64,000 bases of DNA from Epiperipatus broadwayi. Lineage: Eukaryota > Animalia > Onychophora. The notes below the pieces were generated by a model. The model did no database searches. It worked only from the letters and a program-made list of their open reading frames with translations, and had not been told where the DNA came from. The stretch's first letter is position 1. Each line of letters begins with the position of its first letter. The stretch is taken from the NCBI GenBank assembly GCA_028023455.1, contig JAQFVV010000009.1:12462001-12526000 (forward strand), given 5' to 3'. Shown here in pieces: positions 1 through 13,204 of the stretch. A program made the position numbers and the translations under genes.

Positions 1-1735
1 GCAAATTGGAGCAACCAGAGAGCATAGATGAGGAAAACTGATAATCTAATAGCTGCAAAGACCCCCGTTTCTATGAATTTTTGGAGGTTGAAGATGGTAT
101 TCCTGTGTGAGAAAAGGCAGGAGTTGATGACATTTTTCACACCAAGCAGAAAGGGACATTTAAGTATGAAGTACTGGAGGGTTTCATTGTCAGTTTTACA
201 GAGCTGGCATATGGGAGAGATTTTGGGGAAACCCCTATGGTTGACCAAAAATTGATTTGTAGGAAGGGAGTGAAGATTGATTTTGATGAGGAAATTGAGG
301 AATTTTGCCTCAAGGGACCACCTTTTGAATTTTTGGATTAATTGGGCATTGGTAAGTTTGAGGAATGTAGGGGACACAATGAAGAAGTCTGCAGTCTGGT
401 TGAAAACCCTCCCACTATTTTAGTTTACAGCTGATGGATGGTATAGCAAAGCTAGTCTTTTGTATGATGTTGGCAATGAGCGAGGTCTATGATCTGGGCC
501 TGCCACTGGGAGGAGTGTTGGTGAGTGTGCTAATGATATGCATGAAGTTGGCAGGAAAGTGACTTAGGAGTGTGAGGATAATGTGAGATCTCTGGATCAG
601 AAGAGTATCGATAGAGTGCAGGCCCAATCCATCGAGGTTTTTAGGAAAACAAGTTCTTTTTAGGCTAATGGCCACCACCTTTCTGCCCCAGAGAAAACAG
701 GTGCAAAGGGAATTGGATTTTGGATATAAAGGAATGTGTAGGTAGAACAATGGGAAGGTAGTATGCTATTTTAGGAAACACTAGAAGAATGAGGAGTGAC
801 TTTCCCATAAAGGGACTCTTGTAGATGCCTGTGATAGTGCTGAAGGTGGATGATATGCTGTGATAGAGTGTGGTTTGGACTATTACTCTCATGTCCCTAG
901 GAGACAGCATGAGGGGGAATCCGAGGAAGCTGTGTGGCTTGGCATTGAAGGTGGAAGAGATTTGTTTACCAGTTGATAGTTGCCAGGCTGCTCTTTTATC
1001 ACTGCTAAATTCTAGCCTGTATGTTTTGGTGTACCAGGTGAGGATTTGTTGAAGCCTGGGGATGAAATCAACTGAGGGAAGGAAGACAACCACATCATCT
1101 ACATAAGCAAGGCATTTGATGCTTTTGCTCAGTGCAGGAATGAAGATACCAGGGAAGTAATGTTCTAGCCTGATCAAGAGGGAATTCAGAAATTTGGTGA
1201 ACAACAAAGTGCTCAGTGGAGAGCCCTGAGGGATGGATATGTTAGGTGTGAAGCCAACTTTCTCATCCAGGGTAACTAGGATTTCTCTGTTGGACAGGAG
1301 ATTGTAGAGGATGGACAGAAGGGCCTCTGGAATGTTCAGGTTTCTGAGGACACCAAGGAGCAGGTCAACCCTAACCAAGTTGAAGGCTGCCTGGATGTCT
1401 AGTTGGACAGCAATGGGCCTGCCATTTCGAGACTGCCTAACATGCTCGGTGGTCATCTTAAAGAGTGGCAGCCCTAAGAATGGAGTGCCCCTTACAAGCA
1501 AACTGAGGCAGAAAGGACAGGAAGTATGACTTGTCCTAGTGATTCTTTAATGGCAGACTCAATAAGTTTTATGAGCAGAGGGGTCATTAAAAATGGCCTA
1601 AGACTCTTGAGCTCAATAGGTGGCCGATCTTTCTTAAGGAAAGGGACTAATGTTACCGTATAGACCCTTGATGATGTAAGCACCTGAGGCCAGCTTGTTG
1701 ATCACGTTGAGAGTAAGTAAGCTAAAATACCAATT
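1..1735 (-). mobile_element. Degenerate non-LTR retrotransposon ORF2 fragment (RT plus C-terminal region), possibly L1/Tx1-like
   Basis: ORF 665-1501 has non-LTR RT motifs QLDIQAAFNLV, IPQGSPLSTLLF, LAYVDD and FLG. The frameshifted upstream piece 1492-1683 (LVPFLKK..LRPF) matches RT domains 1-2. Downstream frames are broken, with an LCPLH zinc-finger-like remnant near 370. Confidence 0.85.
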
Positions 1736-2099
1736 TGGTACCAGCAGAGCTTTGTTTTCAACTTACCTGCAGGAATTTGCATTTAGGGGTATGTGCATAG
1801 CTCAAAACTATGGATAAAAATGTATGTTTTTTTTATTAACCTTCATGTAAAAAATACATTTATAGTTAGATATACTTTACAATTACATAGTGCAAATAAA
1901 ATATAGTTCAATTTTATAAAAATAGAGGGCGAAAAGTTGTGACAGTTATATAAGTTTTACCCAATTTTGAATTAATAAAATCTAATATATTTATCCATGC
2001 ACATACTTATATATATACTTACCATCTAGTAAAAAATATGGTAAAATCTTTAAAAATTCCTAACGAATTTTTAAAATTATATATGTGAACCACATATAT

Positions 2100-4800
2100 A
2101 TATATATCACTTCAATATAAAGCAGATCTGAAGACTTGTATGAAGAAAATTAAATTTCAGAGATGGATTTCTGATAACCATAAAAGGGAAAAACAGTGAC
2201 AGGGATAGCAACTAACATCAAAACTGATGATGCAACGAAGAAATATTTTCAGTTTTTGTCTCCTTGCATCATTCATCAACTATACTGGACAGTAATCAAA
2301 AGCAACATCAAAAATTAATAGGGAAGAGTTGCAATGAAAAGCCAGGAAAAGATTCCAACTATTTTTGTATTTTCTGTAATCATATATAGATGGGAAAGTT
2401 CAGCACTTAAAAAAAGGCAAATATTTTATATTATAGGCAACAAGAAAAATTAAAAATATGATTATTTTTATCAGATAAGGTCTGATCTTATATTTAAAAT
2501 GACCAGGATGAAATTTTCTTAGCCATTGCGAGATTTGTTGAAGAAATTTCTAATGTTTAGAAAGTTTACTAGTGAAAGAAGTAAGGATGACTATCGATGA
2601 GAAGGTAGATTTCTTCATAATTATAGTGATTGGGTCTTTGAATAGCTTGAAAAACCAAATAGGAGAAAGATCATTATAGATAAATTTTTTCATCCAATCC
2701 AAGATACTGTGTTAACCTGATGGCACCTGATAATAATCGAGATCATAACTATTTCTTTATTGTACAAACAATAAGTAAGCCTAAAAATGTATTTTTGTAA
2801 ATATGACTTTTTTTTTTATGAAAAGTATTTTTAAAACCATGACTTGATTTACTGTATAGTTACTTTTTTCAAACTAATACCAATGTGAATAATAATTATA
2901 TTGATAGTGATTTGGACTTCTGCTAACCATAAAGATGACACTGCTTATTAAATAGAAATTCATTGGAAGGCCTTTATTTGAAGCTTCAGGTGTTTAAATT
3001 TACATTATTTTTTTCAAACATTAATAATAGTATTAATAAAACAATGCATTTTACTTTTAGATTTATGATAAACAATTTCCATCATCTCATTCAATTATTA
3101 AATGTTTTTAAAAAATTCAGACTATTTATAATATTTCTAAATACATTAATATAATATGCAGACTAATATTGAACACAAAGTATTGAATGATATTCTGTTC
3201 TTCAGTTGTCTTTGACCTGATCAGTGATATCTAGCAAAGGAATTGAATGATCTTTGGATTATTGGATACTGAATATGATGATACTCTAACTAACAAGGTT
3301 ATTCTTTCAAAAGTAATAATTAATAGAAATTTTATATACTTAAGCGGAAATTTAGAAATGTAAATTTTACTAAATGCACTACTTTGCTGTAATATTTCAT
3401 ATAAATGCAATTTATCTATTTCACTTTGAACACTTTAGCAAAAAAAAATGTTATTCTATATATATATACACACACACACAATCTTATGTTTCAACTGTCC
3501 TGCAGTCTTCTTCATTGCTACTCCTATTTTAATTTCTTAAAACTTTAAAAACCGTATATACAATAGAATTTTTTTTTGCTAAAAAGTGTTCAAAGTGAGG
3601 TAGGTAAATTGCATTGATATAAAAATCTAAGTTTTAATTATTATTTAAAATAATAATTAAACTAACTTATGCAAATAGTCTAACATATAATTTATAGTAA
3701 AGTGCCATCATTATAAACCTTCAGACAATACATTTCAATGATTATTAGACATATTTTTATTGGAGTTAAACTTATGTGGATGTATATTTATAAGGGGGGA
3801 AAGGTCCATCTCAATAAAAACTAGAATTTACAATATCCATGTAGATGGTATATAAATTAAAGCAATTCATTATAAATGACGTGTCATTTATTAGAAATTC
3901 GCATGAAGCTTGTAATGGTATATTGAGATTATTTATATCTGTAAAGATGGTATGGAAATAATGTTTATTTGAGAATGAAAATCATTTCTAAAGAACCTCA
4001 ACTCACTATTTTTACCACTTCTCTTGATTATAGAACCCTGGCTTTTTTAAATAAAGTTTTAATGATGAAGATGATTTGTGTGACCCAGTTTAAGATTGTA
4101 AATACCAAGAAATAATAACTTTTTTTAAAAAAAGTTTGGTTTAGTTTTCTATAACTAAAAAAGTCATTTGTTGAATGATATATTTAGAATTTTGAGCTGG
4201 TTCAAATCTATTAACCAAATCAAATTGAAAAGCTTAAGGTATAGAACTTTCATATTACTACACTGAATAGTATAATAAAACTAAGGATAGACATAATCCC
4301 AGCTTATAAAATTGTTTTTCAGCTTGATTATAATGAGGAGGTATTGTGCTTACCAATGAATACTGTACCTTTGAAATTATTCTGCAAAATTACGGGAGAA
4401 TCAAAGAAAATTTTGTTACATGATTTCCTAATTCAAAATCTGACTGAAATAATAAATGTTATGCATAATGATCTAATAAACTTTTTAACTGATTCAAGAT
4501 TATAGATATAATGATATAGTAATGTCCATAAAAAATGCGAGTGTTATGATTTTTGGTCTGAAAGTAAGAAATGTCAACATATTAATATGTTTGATTCTGA
4601 CTTCTTAATTTCAGAATTTATAAACTTTAATGAGACATTTACACTATTAAAAAGCATTGACAGAAATGAAATACTTTTAAGGCAATGAAATTACTGAATT
4701 TTTAGAATTAAATATATTAGGAGTGTTCTACATTTAATACTTAACAAAAAATAATGCTGTTACTGTTAATAATTTGTTAATATACATTTATAATTGAAAA
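2100..4800 (-). mobile_element. Highly decayed Penelope-like element (RT remnant)
   Basis: Minus-strand fragments occur in PLE RT order: IGVAM (~3520), KYI..LIIT (~3340), FSI..SKDHSIPLLDIT (~3225-3270), VFRNIINSL (~3120-3140). Many stops and frameshifts; both ends are approximate. Confidence 0.5.
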
Positions 4801-4809
4801 GAATGGAAT

Positions 4810-5497
4810 TCCATCTTTAATATATACACTATACTGATGATGTCATGTTGAATAATGAGGATATTCTCAAACACAGAAACTTTTGAAAAGATAAAAGTGG
4901 CTATATTTTCTTTAAACCTACATTTTAATTATATAGGCCATCTGAAGCATCTTAGTTTGAGAGTATGAAGATGTTTCTCTATTCACTTTTACATCCATTA
5001 TTTTCTTTTACATATTAACATTCACAAAATTTTTCAATTTACTGCATGTTAATATTATGAATTCTTAGAAACTATGTAATATTCAGATTTATTTATTAAG
5101 CACAGATATACGTAATTTTAAAAAAAGGATTTCCACCTTTAATATATGCACTGTACTGGTCTTATAATAGCTCAACAATGTCATGTTGAATACTGAGAAT
5201 ACCCTCAAGCACAAGATAGAGACTTTTGAAAAGCATTTTCATGTTATCTTTAAACCTCCACTCTAATTATATAGCCAATCTAAAGCATCTTCGTTTGAGA
5301 GTGTGAAGATGTTTCTCTACTCACTTTTACATCAATTATTTTCTTTCACATATTAACATTCATGAAATTTTTCAATTAACTACATGTTAATATTATAAAT
5401 TTTTAAAAGCTATTATAAGATCAATACAGTGCATATATTAAAGGTGGAAATTCTTTATCTTTAATTACATATGATCTATGTGCATAGTAAATAAACA
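4810..5497. repeat. Two diverged direct copies of a ~270-bp unit plus an ~85-bp inverted arm (candidate PLE pLTR or MITE)
   Basis: 4810-5080 resembles 5130-5400. 5087-5172 is the reverse complement of 5408-5497 (shared core ttccacctttaatatatgcactgta). Confidence 0.7.
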
Positions 5498-5506
5498 AAT
5501 AATATA

Positions 5507-6440
5507 TTGTGATGGTCCAGGGCTTACCACAAGAGAGGGGAAATGCATCTCACTAGTCTAACCTAGGGTCTTCTGGTAGAATGCTGTCAATGATGTGATG
5601 AAGTACATAACCTATGATCATATCTACCTCCAGTGGGTTAGCTCTGTATTTACATATTAAATTTAGATATAATTTGGGCTTGTTCATTCATAACTTACCC
5701 CTCCTTTGGGCTCAAACTCAGGGAGAAATCTGACTTCGATTCTCTTCAGGGATGAACTTATATGGGATAGCAACTTCTGTGCCTCTATATAGGTTATAAT
5801 TGATTTAATCCTTCATCCAAGCATATCTCTACATTATTATGTAAGAGTAAGATGTGTGGGTATGTATATCCCTGGTTATCGTTTGATAAGTGAATGCATA
5901 AATAATTTTGATAAACTAGAGACCAGTTTAATGTAAATAAATTTGACAATGTTTATTAAATATCAAAATTAAAACAGGCAAAACTCTCTATACGTTTTAA
6001 TAGGCAACCTCGGATCAAGGCAGTATTCGACCATTATCTACCGAATTGAATTCGAATATGAATCACCTTTATGAAATTTTATAAACAAAATTTCTAGATC
6101 TTGGGTAGTTCTTATGTAAGGATTTAAGTTAAGAAGTTTCCCCAGTGTCCATTATTTCTTCAGTAAGACAGATAAATAAAAATTTTCTGGAAAGAGTATA
6201 TTTATGAGTGTCAACAGTAACAGACCTCAAGGGCCAATCTCACTAATGCAGCAAGAATTATACTTTTCCTAAAACTCTGATCTTATTTACACTATCTCTA
6301 ATTAGGTACCCGACTAGCTAGCTTGCTCTCAGGGTTGGGAGGAAACTTATTGGATGAATGGAGGTATAACGGAGAAATCTGCATATTTGAACTATCTTTT
6401 TCCTTCTTTCTATATCTCTCGAATATGATCGCGTATAATT
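5507..6440 (+). mobile_element. Possible solo LTR
   Basis: Non-coding block with higher GC and retained CpGs, starting TGTGAT. No clean CA end or target-site duplication found. Confidence 0.3.
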
Positions 6441-8051
6441 TAAAATTTAGCTGCTTTGAATTCCCTACCTTTAAACATTTATTACATTAATAATCGATCA
6501 AATTTCTTCATCAAACTTAAGGTTTGAGTTTAAAACATATTTAATATATGTGTTTATTCGTATAAGATGTATTTAGCTAGTTTTGCGAGGTATTTTGACA
6601 GGAAAAGAAGTAGGCAAATATAAACAATAAATCTATTTGTTAATGATCTATAAATAATTTCAGCTTCAAAGTATGTATATAGTTTTATTCTTATTAGTTT
6701 ATTAATTCAAATATTCATAAGATAAAGAAAAATATATATAATTCACATATTAAAATCTAACGTAAAAGAAAAAAAAATGTTACTAAATATAATAGATCAT
6801 ATAAACATTGAATAAGATAAAAAAAATACAGTTATATGCTACAGACTAAATTAATATTTTAACAGAGAATAAGTATTTTGAGAGTAATGATAGGCAATTC
6901 TAAGATCACTTAAGGCAAAGAGAATTATATTTACCTTCGGGAACCTGGGATAATAAAGTTAAGTTTGCTTATGTAAGTTATGTTGTTCCAAGTTAATGAT
7001 CCACAATAAATTTTATTTTTGTTGAAGTAAGAAAAATATTGCTACTGACATAAGTCTGGCACAAGCATCCATTTTGTGGTATTAATTGAAAGCAAAGAAG
7101 AATGATGATTAATACATCTTTTATGGAAGCTTGCTTCGTATATTAGGTTCAACACTTTTCCTTTCCACTTTGTTATTTTATGCATTGTATCTACAAGTTC
7201 CTTAGGGCTCTCATATGGGCAGGCAGGAACAGCTATGTTCTCATAGCATGGGGTGATTGTCTTACACGTATCTAGTTTGTAACCCCAACGTTACAAGCAT
7301 TGACATTTTATAAATTGATCTCCTAAAAAACATTTTCTACATGAATGAATTATTTCAAAGAATTTCAATATTTCATTTTAAAATGAGAGCATAGCCATAC
7401 AAATTAATATATCCCCCAAAAAAGTATTAATATAACTTTTCTTTCTCAAAATGTCTCCTGTTCTCTATGGCTCTGGCGTTGTAATTAAACAATTTCTCTA
7501 TTATCTATTGATCTCCCGAATGCTCTTAACATTTTTTTTTATTTTTGGTATCTTTATCCACAGTACATTCAGTTACAATTTCTTGGAATTTAAAGTGGTT
7601 AAGTAATATAACAAAGAATGGCCTAGAGGTATATACAGCAAAGTCTTTTTGTTACCGTCCTTAAAGTAAGACATGATAACAAAAAAAATGTACATTTGAA
7701 ACAATAATAAAAAAAAATTTATATTTGTGTGAAACTGTATTTCTCAATTTTTTTAATAACGTATTTTTAAATATATTCTGAAACAAATAATTTTTTTTTA
7801 AAAAACAAATTTCAAAATCTATCTCCCTTACACATATATACATCACTCCTCGTATATAGTCAAACATTGAAGTCAATTTATTGGACTCGTGCTTATCTAG
7901 GGCAGTTGGTGGATCCTATTTAATTTCCTTGTAACAGGGTTTGAACCCTGCTATTGTTACAACATATTGCCACTCAGTGCAATCCAAAGTAATAAATAGA
8001 TGCCAGAAGGCTTGTGCATAAAATCCCCATCTACTGCCTACTCATCCAATA

Positions 8052-8093
8052 TCCCCAGACTAGTTTCTGGCTTGTGGCCTTCATCAGTGAGGA
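8052..8093 (-). ncRNA. Minimal type I hammerhead ribozyme motif (family 2)
   Basis: UCCUCA-CUGAUGA-A-GGC(CACAA)GCC-A-GAAA-C(UA)GUC^UGGGGA. Stem I is 6 bp, stem II is 3 bp flanked by A.A, and stem III is the palindrome ACUAGU. Confidence 0.7.
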
Positions 8094-8676
8094 GCCTCAG
8101 ATCTGAGAGCACTGCACCTAGATCTTCAGATCTAATGCAACCCTCCAGCTTCCATCTTTTATCTCTACTTAACTGCAAAACTATGAGACAAATTGAAAAC
8201 ACTATAATATTTTCAATCCAAGCTCATCAGCTTATATAGTCATATATGTCTGAAATCAGTTCAGTACCTATACATTTTGATGTCTTTGGTTCTTTAATAA
8301 TTATAGCCACCACGATCCTATTAGGCAGGATTGGTGTTAAGCCGATAAACATATGATCTTAAGTCAATAAGCACATGATCACTATTTTTTATGCTTGCTC
8401 TTAACTGTTATGAAAACAAGCAAAACTCTATACGAATTGCCAATCAGTGCAAGCCATAGTAATCAATGGATGCCAAAAGGCTTGTGCATAAAATCCACAT
8501 CTAGTGCCTACTCATCCAATATCCCCAGACTATATAAGCTGATGTGCTTGGATTGAAAAATATTAGTGTTTTCAATTTAAGTCTCATAGTTTTGTAATTA
8601 AGTAGAAATAAAAAGTGACTGCTAGAGGGTTGCATTAGATCCTAAGATCTAGGTGCAGTGCTTTCAGATCCAAGGC

Positions 8677-8718
8677 TCCTCGCTGACAAAGGCCACAAGC
8701 CAAAAACTAGTCTAGGGA
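8677..8718 (+). ncRNA. Decayed copy of the family 2 HHR
   Basis: Same layout, but the core reads CUGACAA and AAAA replaces GAAA. Confidence 0.6.
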
Positions 8719-8916
8719 TATTGGATGAGTAGCCACTAGATGGGGATTTTTTGCACAAGCCTTCTGTCATCAATTGATTACTCTGGCTTGCACTGAGTGG
8801 CAATATGTATAGAGAGTTTTGCCTGTTTTAATAACAGTTAAGAGCAAGCATAAGAAATGGTGATCATGTGATGTTTATTGCTTAAATATCAAAACAAACT
8901 AAAAAAATATTAAAAT

Positions 8917-10470
8917 GGTACTGTTCTATTAGCTCATGTCAGATGCTTGATGGCCTTATTTATTTGCAAAAACCCATAAATATACCATTTATGCAGCTGC
9001 TGCCAGCTTATTTCTATGCAAAAGCATAGAAAAAGGCCATTTTGCATGCTGTTCTTGGCAACTGGCTGCTTGGCTTTGTGCTATGCATCTTATTAAAATT
9101 CTCACAGTTCAAAGTTCACTACAGTATCATGTAAGAGGGTCTGGATTTCAGCCTGCCACAACTCTTCAAATATGCATATCAAAGTAATTAGCTTACAAGT
9201 CATCTAATCTATTATCTCCTAACAATTGGAAACCTGTAACCACACTTCCCCACTCAACATGGAATCTTCAAAACATTTGGAAAGGGTACATCCAAGCAAG
9301 ATTTTGACTAGCTTACATTTGAGCGAGAACATGTCTGTGGCAAATAAAATGGCTGATTGCAAAACCAAGCTGTTCAAATTGTGCCAATTGCTGTCCACAG
9401 AAGCTGGCACAGTGGCATTTTTACAGGACAACAACATACTCCTACATGCCAATAGATGTGTGTGTGGCAAAACAATGAGACTGGAGATGTCCAAAACCAT
9501 TTCACAGTTCAGATGCAAGTCCCATTCCTGTCAGTGAAAGTGTTTTCTACAAAAGGAGACTTGGTTCAACAGCTTCAGAATCCCATTCATTTTGAAAGTC
9601 TTAGTATGACCCAAGTTCAGGAATGAAGCATGCTTTGGTAGATTATGTCCATTTCTTTGGTTTGCCCATTAGGAGGAGTTCACTCTGGGAATCTCTAGTA
9701 TTTAAGAATTGGCAGATAAAGTATTTTGGAAAGCAATAAAAGAACATAGACACATGATACCGAGTACTACACAGTATTGCAGATATAGTCAAACAACCTT
9801 ATTAACATTAATATATAGGTAAACCATCCCATATGTTACTATGCTACAAAAAAAAAATCATTATGAAATAAATAAAAAAATATTTTTCCTTAAAGACATT
9901 TAATTAATTTAGATGGGGGTATTATATCAGTATTTTATTCTTAGCATGAATAATTATTAATAGATATCGTCATTGAACTATTTATGCACATAAATATGAT
10001 TCATCTTATTCTTATTGAATATCTAAATCTATGAAAAGGATAACATGGTACCTCTCTATTCCAAAGATTAAATTAGCAGTCATGTATATAACTATTGGCC
10101 TTCTAATGCATAATTAATTCATATCTGGTTTGATTAAGTATACATATATAATAAATATAACTTGTCCAATTTATTTACAAATGAGTTCCACCTTACATAG
10201 CAGGTTAAGAGTAAAATTTAAAGAAAAAATTGTTTTGAACTTATTTTAATTTCTATCATCCAACTTCTCATTTATATACATATATTCCATAACATCAACT
10301 AAACAACAAATAAACAAACTTGTTGATTTTGTAGATATGCTAACATATATTAATATATAAAGATATTAAAAATTAATTTTTATGCTGGCAACCCAGTAAT
10401 GTTATATTTCTGTGTTTTTGCATAGCATCAACACCATAAAGCAGCTGACATGAGCTAATAGAACAGTACC
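8917..10470 (+). mobile_element. Merlin (IS1595/ISXO2-like) DNA transposon, internally deleted
   Basis: Perfect 26-bp TIR GGTACTGTTCTATTAGCTCATGTCAG at 8917-8942 and 10445-10470. Flanks ATTAAAAT / ATCAAAAC match 6 of 8 as a possible 8-bp TSD. ORF 9226-9537 has FLQ..LL..C.CG..M.L....FRC....C followed by (K)ETWF, the N-terminal zinc ribbon of Merlin-type transposases; no DDE domain seen. Confidence 0.75.
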
Positions 10471-11199
10471 ATCAAAACTTTTAACAAAGTAAAACAGTAT
10501 AACTGCTTGTGTCAATGATGGATTTCTACCATATCAACAATTGAAAGTATTCATGGTTACAAACCCTTACCTAATGGTAGAAATACATGTTATGGTACTA
10601 ATTATTTACAAAGCAAAAAAAAAAAAAATTAAATCAACCATGAAGCTAACTAGCTAATTTACAATATCATGCAGATATATCTGTAGTAGCCTCATTGTCC
10701 AATTCAAATTAGCAATGTTTCATCTTTGGGTACCCCCTATTCATGTATAGTTCCTTAAGGTTGACAGGCAAGAACATATGCACAAGAAGAATAGTCATTT
10801 ATACCAAAAAAATAAACATAAATGATTATTAGTTAACAACAAACAAAAAAAACATAAACTCTGTCCTGTAATAAGTGTATGTAATTAATATGGAATAATC
10901 TCAAAGATCTTATCTTATCCCATATCACGATCAATGTCAAGTTGCTATGGAGAGAAAGCTGATCTAAACTTTATTCAAAACATGAATAATAATAAAAATC
11001 TAACTTAATGATTTTCCCCCTTTCATTTTACTGCTTTCATTTATACTGAACTCTTACAAATTATAGATACTTATGCTTCCAAGTATGGAAAGAAAATAAA
11101 AAAAAAATTTTACAAATATATAAATAAAAAAAATACATAACAAAGTCAGAACTTTGATTAAATTATTTTGGTTAATGTTCATGAGATTGGCAATAATGT

Positions 11200-11900
11200 C
11201 TTTCATGGACACAGTCTATTTTTTTGGATCGCAATGACCTTCGTGGATACAGTCTATTTTTTTTGGATCGCTCTCTTTGGTTCGCATCCATCACTCATTG
11301 GAATTCCTATGCAATGTGCTTGAAATAGTATTACATCCATTCTTTGTAGTTGTTCTTTCTTTTTGATCCGTGTATATGTTTAGTGTAAGACAATTGGGAC
11401 TTCTTTCAGCATTACCAGAGTAAGTAGGTTAATTCATTGCACTTCCAGGGTCAGGATAGTGATGCTTCAGTCCTATGGCGCTGTCGATTTAGCCAGAATA
11501 CATTGTACAATGGTTTGTAACAGATTTAATTTTTCTTTATTTGCAATTTGGCATTTAATGGCTTACAAAAAAAAATACGTCATCATTTTGTTTAAGTGCT
11601 AGTGATGTTCTATTCCTTTGTTCATGTTCAAATAATAGCATAATTTTTCCAATATCAATTTAAAAACAGTTCATTAATTTTATTAAACTGCACAAACTTA
11701 TTAAACTTTTCTTAATTCAAATGCCGGTTTCAATTTTTTTACAATTTTGTGCTAAGAAACTTTTGTGAATAATTCAGAGTATTCAAATGAGTCATCCATT
11801 TTCCTCTTCATTCGAACATTCAATCTCAGATTGTTGGCTTTCTATGGTTGATGCATTATTATAAAAAATAATAAAAGATGACAGAAATGAACTGGATTTG
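11200..11900 (-). mobile_element. hAT-like (ZMYM1/DUF4371-type) transposase remnant
   Basis: Broken frames give QIANKEKLNLLQTIVQCIL, WLNRQR, HHYPDPGS and NLLTLVMLKE, preceded by a W.(EY)S..F / FEHEQ TTF-zinc-finger-like trace. Confidence 0.45.
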
Positions 11901-12467
11901 CTTTTATACCAAGCTTAGCTTCCAATGTTTGGTATATTAGCTTTTCCATTGCCTTCAACATTGCTGTAACTGCCTATTGTTGCTCAAGTTATCTTGGTTG
12001 TAGTTAATATAAAAAAAAAATTATGTAATAGAATTCTAATTTCATTTTCCACCCTTGGTTGCTTAGTGATGGCTTGACATTGACTCATCACTATGTTTAC
12101 TTCAGTCTCTGTCTCAATTCATGATTTACAATACATTGATTATTAGTCTGTTGTTAGTACATAAATTTATTTAAATGATTTCTTTAAATGGGCTTTTATT
12201 TTTTACTAAGTAAGAAAAATTAATTCATTGCAACATTTATCTAACTTGATATTTAATAAAGCAAACATCTGTCGCATATATATATATATGTACTTAAAAG
12301 AAAGGATAGTGCATGGCTGACCATCTATTAGTTATGCTTATGTTCTGAACAGGCTTGGTTTGGTGGTGTGGAAAAATATTGGCTGGTTTTGATAGGGTTG
12401 TAAGCTACCCATACAATATATTTATGTAAATATTTTTTAAAAAATAAAATACTTCTTTTAATATGTA

Positions 12468-12698
12468 AATTATGAGGGACTTGATCACAAACTTTCAAGT
12501 TCCTTACAGCTATTGATTCTATCTTGTACAACTGATACACATGCCCACACAAATGTGAAAAAGATAAATGATCTCCAATATACATATTTCATGCTGAACC
12601 ATCACTCAACAGTTGATCCAGATCATCATTTCCCATACACATATGTAATCAGTGTTCATTTTATATTAAGATAGCAAATCTTTAAGTCCCTTATAATT
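12468..12698 (-). repeat. HHR family 1 element, copy A (HHR 12568-12626, core mutated to CUGUUGA)
   Basis: Homologous to 16639-16846; 15-bp terminal inverted repeat aattatgagggactt / aagtcccttataatt. Confidence 0.75.
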
Positions 12699-12957
12699 TA
12701 CATCGGAAATTCCCATATATATAAATTATACTTATATTCAATCAAAATAGTACAGATTTATGCCTGTATTCTGCCCATCTGTCTTCTGTGTGTTTAAATG
12801 GATAAGGTCCTAAACATGAGGGATCAGAGTGGCTTAAAGTCAACATGGACATGCCAATAATATTAGCATCAACAAGGGATTTGGGCATTCCATCATCGGA
12901 TTTTCAATGGTATGGATAGCTGAAGAGTTGGAAGCTGAAGTAGATTAAAGCCTGCCC

Positions 12958-13195
12958 ACCTTAATATAAACCAAGCACTGATTATATATGTGTGTGTGGG
13001 AGATAATGATGTGAACTAGCTGACAAGCGCTCGTTCAGCGCAAAATACATATATTGAAGATTATTGGTTCGGCACAAAATACATATATTGAAGATCATTT
13101 ATCTTTTTCATAAGTGGGTGGTCATTTGTATCAGTTGTATGAGATAGAGCGGTTAACTGAAGAGAGGTTGAAGTGTTCAAGTTCTTTATAATTTA
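12958..13195 (+). repeat. HHR family 1 element, copy B (HHR ~13005-13065, decayed to CUGACAA / AAAA)
   Basis: Leader ttaatataaaccaagcactgatt, stem II GCGCUC-GUU-CAGCGC, and a downstream arm matching 16847-16958. Local partial duplication at 13066-13100. Confidence 0.7.
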
Positions 13196-13204
13196 AATCT
13201 AAAA

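Larger units (their letters stand above)
7966..8880. repeat. Compound inverted repeat of an HHR-bearing non-autonomous element (family 2)
   Basis: 7966-8241 is the reverse complement of ~8528-8805, and ~8360-8532 is the reverse complement of ~8708-8880. Fragments of the same family lie at ~21930-22000 and ~5965-5995. Confidence 0.85.
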
